Assembly: GCA_015062345.1 (NCBI GenBank)
Contig: SUUV01000002.1
Location: forward strand, 1,726 to 65,725
Origin: Alphaproteobacteria bacterium
GTDB lineage: Bacteria; Pseudomonadota; Alphaproteobacteria; RF32; CAG-239
DNA: 64,000 nt
Direction of reading: 5' to 3'
Under the pieces are notes generated by a model. That model was not told the origin of the DNA. It made no database searches and saw only the letters and a program-made list of their open reading frames with translations. The position numbers and the translations under genes are program-made. Shown here piece by piece: positions 59,348 to 64,000 of the stretch (the first letter of the stretch is position 1; every line of letters begins with the position of its first letter).

Positions 59348-62300
59348 ATGAATGATATAATGAAATTTATGGGTCAGCAAGTAGCTGAAGAGTCTTTTGA
59401 TGAAATCAAAATCTCTATTGCTTCTCCTGAACAAATTCGTTCTTGGTCATTTGGTGAAGTTAAAAAGCCCGAGACCATTAACTATCGTACATTTAAGCCT
59501 GAAAGAGACGGTTTGTTCTGTGCTCGCATTTTTGGTCCGGTTAAAGACTATGAATGTTTGTGCGGTAAATATAAAAGAATGAAATATCGCGGTGTTGTTT
59601 GCGAAAAGTGTGGTGTTGAAGTTACACTTTCAAAAGTTCGTCGTGAAAGAATGGGACACATTGAGTTGGCCGCTCCGGTTGCTCATATTTGGTTCTTAAA
59701 ATCTTTGCCGAGCCGTATTTCAATGCTTACCGATATTCCGATGAAACAGCTTGAAAGCGTGTTATATTTTGATAAATATATCGTCATTGAGCCGGGGCTT
59801 ACCGATTTGACATTAAATCAGCTTTTGACCGAAGACGAATATCAAGATGCACTTGATAAATATGGCGAAGATGCTTTCAGAGCCGGAATCGGTGCCGAAG
59901 CATTGCGTGAAATTTTAGCCAATATCGATTTGGAAACGGAACGCGCCGTTATGCGTGCAGAATTGAAAGAAACCAATTCGGAAGCAAAACGCAAAAAGTT
60001 GGTTAAAAGATTGAAGATTGTTGAATCGTTTATTGAATCTAACACCAAGCCCGAATGGATGGTATTGACCGTATTGCCGGTTATTCCGCCTGAACTCAGA
60101 CCTCTTGTGCCGTTAGACGGTGGTCGTTTTGCCACATCTGATTTGAACGATTTATATCGTCGTGTAATTAACCGTAACAATCGTTTGAAAAGATTGTTAG
60201 AGTTAAGAGCTCCGGATATTATCGTCAGAAACGAAAAGAGAATGTTGCAAGAGTCTGTTGATGCATTGTTTGACAATGGTCGTCGTTCTCGTGCAATTAC
60301 CGGTACAAGCAAGCGTCCTTTGAAATCTTTGTCAGATATGCTCAAAGGTAAACAAGGTCGTTTCCGTCAAAACTTACTTGGTAAACGCGTTGACTATTCA
60401 GGTCGTTCGGTTATTACGGTTGGTCCTGAACTTAAACTTCAACAATGCGGTTTGCCGAAAAAAATGGCACTTGAATTGTTCAAACCTTTTGTATATTCAA
60501 AATTGGAGCTTTACGGACACGCAACAACCATTAAACAAGCAAAACGCATGGTTGAAAAAGAGCGTCCGGAAGTTTGGGATATATTAGAAGAAGTAATCAG
60601 AGAACATCCTGTGTTATTAAACCGTGCTCCTACATTGCACAGACTTGGTATTCAGGCATTTGAACCGGTGTTGGTAGAAGGTAAGGCAATCCACTTGCAT
60701 CCGCTCGTATGTACAGCATTTAACGCAGACTTCGACGGTGACCAAATGGCTGTGCATGTTCCGTTATCAATTGAATCACAATTGGAAGCTCGTGTATTGA
60801 TGATGTCAACAAACAACATCTTGTCACCTGCATCAGGTAAGCCGATTATTGTTCCTTCACAAGATATGGTGTTGGGTATTTATTACCTTTCATATGAAGC
60901 AGAAGGTGTAATCGGTGAGGGCAGTGTTTATGCAGATACTGATGAAGTTATGCTTGCACTTGATTCTAAGGTTGTTGATTTGCATGCAAAAATCAAATGT
61001 CGTATGGAATATGTTGATGACAATGGTGAAACAAAATATGGCTTAGTTGATACAACTCCGGGTCGTATCATTGTTTCGGACATATTGCCCAAGCATAAAG
61101 ATGTACCGTTCTCAATTGTAAACCGTTTGCTTAAAAAGAAAGAAATTTCTGAAATTATTGATACGGTTTATCGTCATTGCGGTCAAAAAGAAACCTGTAT
61201 CATGGTTGATAAAATTATGTCACTCGGTTTCCAAAATGCTTGTAAAGCAGGTATTTCATTCGGTAAAGACGATTTGATTGTTCCTGCTGCCAAAAAAGAC
61301 CTCATTGAAGAAACCACCAAACAGGTTAAAGAATTTGAGCAACAGTATCAAAACGGTTTGATTACCAAGGGCGAAAAATATAACAAAGTGGTGGATATCT
61401 GGGCATCATGTACCGATAAAATTGCCGATGAAATGATGAAAAACATTTCTAAGACCGAAAAAGGTTACATTAACTCCGTATATATGATGGCACACTCGGG
61501 AGCTCGTGGTAGTGCTGCGCAAATGAGACAGCTTGCCGGTATGCGTGGTTTGATGGCAAAACCTTCAGGTGAAATTATTGAACAACCGATTATTTCAAAC
61601 TTTAAAGAAGGTTTGACGGTGTCTGAGTACTTTAACTCAACCCACGGTGCTCGTAAAGGTTTGGCCGATACTGCACTTAAAACCGCAAACTCCGGTTATT
61701 TGACTCGTCGTTTGGTTGATGTGGCTCAAGATGTTGTAATTACTGAAACAAACTGCGGTACAGAAAGAGGTATCATTGTTCGTCCGGTTGTTGACGGCGG
61801 TAATGTAATTGTTTCTATCGGCGACAGAATTTTGGGTCGTACAATTCAAGAAGATATTGTTCATCCCGAAACAGGCGAAGTTCTCATTCAAAGAGGCAAA
61901 CTTATTGATGAAAACGATGCCGAGTTGGTAGAAAAAGCAGGTGTTGAACAAGTAAAAATTCGTTCTGTATTAACTTGCGATTGCGAACATGGTGTATGTG
62001 CGGCTTGTTACGGCCGTGACTTGGCAAGAGGAACACCTGTAAATGTGGGTGAGGCAGTTGGTGTAATTGCTGCTCAATCTATTGGTGAGCCGGGTACACA
62101 GCTTACGATGAGAACATTCCACATCGGTGGTGCGGCATCAAAATCTGCCGAGCAATCAAGTGTTGAAGTTCCGTTTGCGGGTGTGTTAAAACTTGAAAAC
62201 AAACATACCGTGACCGATTCTGAGGGTAATTTGATTGTGTTATCTCGTAACTGTGATATCGTAATTGAAGATGCTCAAGGCCGTGAAAAATCTCGTCACC

Positions 62301-63514
62301 ACATTCCTTACGGTACAAAAGTTTTAGCTCAAGAAGGTGCTAAAGTTAAGAAAGGTCAAAAAGTTGCAGAATGGGATCCGTTTACAATTCCGGTAATTTC
62401 GGAAAAAGCAGGTTCTGCTCAACTTGTTGATTTAATTAATAATGTATCCGTAAAAGAAAATATGGACGAGACCACAGGTATTGTTTCTAAGGTTGTAATT
62501 GATTGGCACTCAGGTGCATCATCAAATGCAAACTTAAAACCGAGCATTGTGTTAAAAGATGCCAAAGGTAAACCTGTAAACTTTGACAACGGAAAAGAGG
62601 CTCGTTACTACCTTTCTGTTGATGCCGTATTAACGGTTGATAACGGCTCAGAAGTTAAGGTCGGTGATGTAATTGCTCGTATTCCGAGAGAAAGCTCAAA
62701 AACCAAAGATATTACCGGTGGTTTGCCTCGAGTTGCCGAACTCTTTGAAGCTCGTCATCCTAAAGATCAGGCTATTATCTCTGATGTTGACGGTATGGTT
62801 GAGTTTGGAAAAGACTATAAGGCAAAACAACGCATCAGTGTTGTTCCCGCAAAAGGTGAGCCGATTGAATACTTAATTCCAAAAGGTCGTCACTTGGTTG
62901 TACAAGACGGTGATATTGTTAAAAAAGGCGACTTGTTGGTTGAAGGTACACCGGCACCACACGATATTTTGCGTGTATTGGGTGTTGAAAAGTTGGCTGA
63001 ATACTTGGTTAAAGAAGTTCAAGATGTGTATCGTTTGCAAGGTGTTAAAATCAACGATAAGCACATTGAGGTAATTGTATCTCAAATGCTCAAGAAAGTT
63101 GAAGTAACAACTCCGGGTGATACAACATTCTTGGTTGGTGAACAAGTTGACCGTGATGTATTTGAACTTGAAAACGAAAAAGTAATCAAGGAAAACGGAA
63201 TTCCGGCACAGGCAGACCCTGTATTGCTCGGTATTACCAAAGCATCACTTCAAACCAAGTCGTTTATTTCAGCGGCTTCCTTCCAAGAAACAACTCGTGT
63301 ATTGACCGAGGCGGCTGTATCAGGTAAGACAGACAGATTGCATGGCTTAAAAGAAAATGTAATTGTCGGTCGCTTGATTCCGGCCGGTACAGGTACCGTA
63401 CTTCGTTCATTGAAACGAGTTGCAGCTCAAAATGATAAAGAAATTTTGGCTCAACGCGAGGCTGCCGCAAATGCTCAAATTGAGGCATTGCCGACAGCAG
63501 ATGAAGAAGCTTAA
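59348..63514 (+). CDS. rpoC: RNA polymerase beta' subunit
   Basis: [11 protein letters not shown]-terminal Zn finger. Confidence 0.99.
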   Translation: MNDIMKFMGQQVAEESFDEIKISIASPEQIRSWSFGEVKKPETINYRTFKPERDGLFCARIFGPVKDYECLCGKYKRMKYRGVVCEKCGVEVTLSKVRRERMGHIELAAPVAHIWFLKSLPSRISMLTDIPMKQLESVLYFDKYIVIEPGLTDLTLNQLLTEDEYQDALDKYGEDAFRAGIGAEALREILANIDLETERAVMRAELKETNSEAKRKKLVKRLKIVESFIESNTKPEWMVLTVLPVIPPELRPLVPLDGGRFATSDLNDLYRRVINRNNRLKRLLELRAPDIIVRNEKRMLQESVDALFDNGRRSRAITGTSKRPLKSLSDMLKGKQGRFRQNLLGKRVDYSGRSVITVGPELKLQQCGLPKKMALELFKPFVYSKLELYGHATTIKQAKRMVEKERPEVWDILEEVIREHPVLLNRAPTLHRLGIQAFEPVLVEGKAIHLHPLVCTAFNADFDGDQMAVHVPLSIESQLEARVLMMSTNNILSPASGKPIIVPSQDMVLGIYYLSYEAEGVIGEGSVYADTDEVMLALDSKVVDLHAKIKCRMEYVDDNGETKYGLVDTTPGRIIVSDILPKHKDVPFSIVNRLLKKKEISEIIDTVYRHCGQKETCIMVDKIMSLGFQNACKAGISFGKDDLIVPAAKKDLIEETTKQVKEFEQQYQNGLITKGEKYNKVVDIWASCTDKIADEMMKNISKTEKGYINSVYMMAHSGARGSAAQMRQLAGMRGLMAKPSGEIIEQPIISNFKEGLTVSEYFNSTHGARKGLADTALKTANSGYLTRRLVDVAQDVVITETNCGTERGIIVRPVVDGGNVIVSIGDRILGRTIQEDIVHPETGEVLIQRGKLIDENDAELVEKAGVEQVKIRSVLTCDCEHGVCAACYGRDLARGTPVNVGEAVGVIAAQSIGEPGTQLTMRTFHIGGAASKSAEQSSVEVPFAGVLKLENKHTVTDSEGNLIVLSRNCDIVIEDAQGREKSRHHIPYGTKVLAQEGAKVKKGQKVAEWDPFTIPVISEKAGSAQLVDLINNVSVKENMDETTGIVSKVVIDWHSGASSNANLKPSIVLKDAKGKPVNFDNGKEARYYLSVDAVLTVDNGSEVKVGDVIARIPRESSKTKDITGGLPRVAELFEARHPKDQAIISDVDGMVEFGKDYKAKQRISVVPAKGEPIEYLIPKGRHLVVQDGDIVKKGDLLVEGTPAPHDILRVLGVEKLAEYLVKEVQDVYRLQGVKINDKHIEVIVSQMLKKVEVTTPGDTTFLVGEQVDRDVFELENEKVIKENGIPAQADPVLLGITKASLQTKSFISAASFQETTRVLTEAAVSGKTDRLHGLKENVIVGRLIPAGTGTVLRSLKRVAAQNDKEILAQREAAANAQIEALPTADEEA

Positions 63515-63532
63515 AATTTTGTAGCTAAAATA

Positions 63533-63610
63533 AACCCCTCGCTTGGCTGATTGTCAGGCGAGGGGTTTTGTAATGAAAAACCGCTCTTTGAAAACAATCA
63601 AAGAGCGGTT
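63533..63610. terminator. Two back-to-back hairpins between rpoC and family copy 8
   Basis: CCCCTCGC...GCGAGGGG+TTTTT and AACCGCTCTTTGA...TCAAAGAGCGGTT. Confidence 0.75.
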
Positions 63611-63617
63611 GGAGTAA

Positions 63618-64000
63618 TTATTGTAAAACCGTAATTGAAAATGAACCACTGTATGATTGAGCCGGAACATCTCCTTCTATGGTAAGTTTAGCATAAATCT
63701 TGCCATCACCGTGAACGCGTATATTATCAATATAAATCGTATCCTCAGCACCAGAATGCAATATAACACTACCCATATCGCTATCAACTCCTGAAAGCAT
63801 ATAATTTGGTGTATCAGGTTCGCCATCTTCATCATAAACAGGATTAAAATTACATTGTCCAATCGATGCTCCGTCAACTTCAACAATGTTACCTGTGGTT
63901 GTCATACCATATAAATCTAGAGTAGATTCTGAATTTCCGCTTTTCAAATAAATTGTACCAAAATTTAACGGTGTACAAGTCATATCCGTAACATATTCAA
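63618..64000 (-). CDS. Secreted DUF4402-like protein, family copy 8 (5' end outside window)
   Basis: ...TCTPLNFGTIYL...GQC...KLTIEGDVPAQSYSGSFSITVLQ. Confidence 0.75.
   Translation of the reverse strand, partial: EYVTDMTCTPLNFGTIYLKSGNSESTLDLYGMTTTGNIVEVDGASIGQCNFNPVYDEDGEPDTPNYMLSGVDSDMGSVILHSGAEDTIYIDNIRVHGDGKIYAKLTIEGDVPAQSYSGSFSITVLQ

Noticed and set aside
4978-64000. Family diversification by a diversity-generating retroelement, integron or shufflon
   Set aside because: No reverse transcriptase, integrase or invertase in the window, and I saw no template/variable repeat pair or attC array. Divergence includes indels. An enzyme encoded elsewhere cannot be excluded.

Overview
AT-rich alphaproteobacterial chromosome segment. 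The assignment rests on gcrA, a permuted two-piece tmRNA next to sspB, type-B L36 and the rne-amiC-mrcA-prfB block. The backbone is housekeeping: pyrG, secG, tpiA, ppiD, fmt, ettA, ruvX, rne, amiC, mrcA, prfB (+1 frameshift), lpxK, waaA, lon, galE, rpoB and rpoC. On top of it lies a dispersed, repeated surface-protein cassette. Eight paralogous secreted DUF4402/pilin-like genes (MRKYFLLSA... signal peptide; the eighth is cut by the window edge) and one 5'-deleted remnant are all on the minus strand, each tail-to-tail with a plus-strand gene. They fill 8 of the 9 fully visible convergent junctions plus the site after rpoC. The seven complete copies and two type IV-like pilin genes share one promoter design: distal motif, then a GANTC site 7 bp before TTGCAA, then an A11-12 tract, then a -10 box, giving a sub-optimal 14-15 bp spacer. 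Five sites also carry arrays of RPE/REP-like nested palindromes that show covariation. The best reading (inference) is an undescribed phase/antigenic-variation system for surface fibres, possibly gated by CcrM/GcrA methylation, with a nearby XRE regulator and structured leader RNA that carry the same distal motif. A second palindrome family sits in the tmRNA intervening segment and in frame in a pilin leader peptide. All family names come from motif recognition; no database searches were run.
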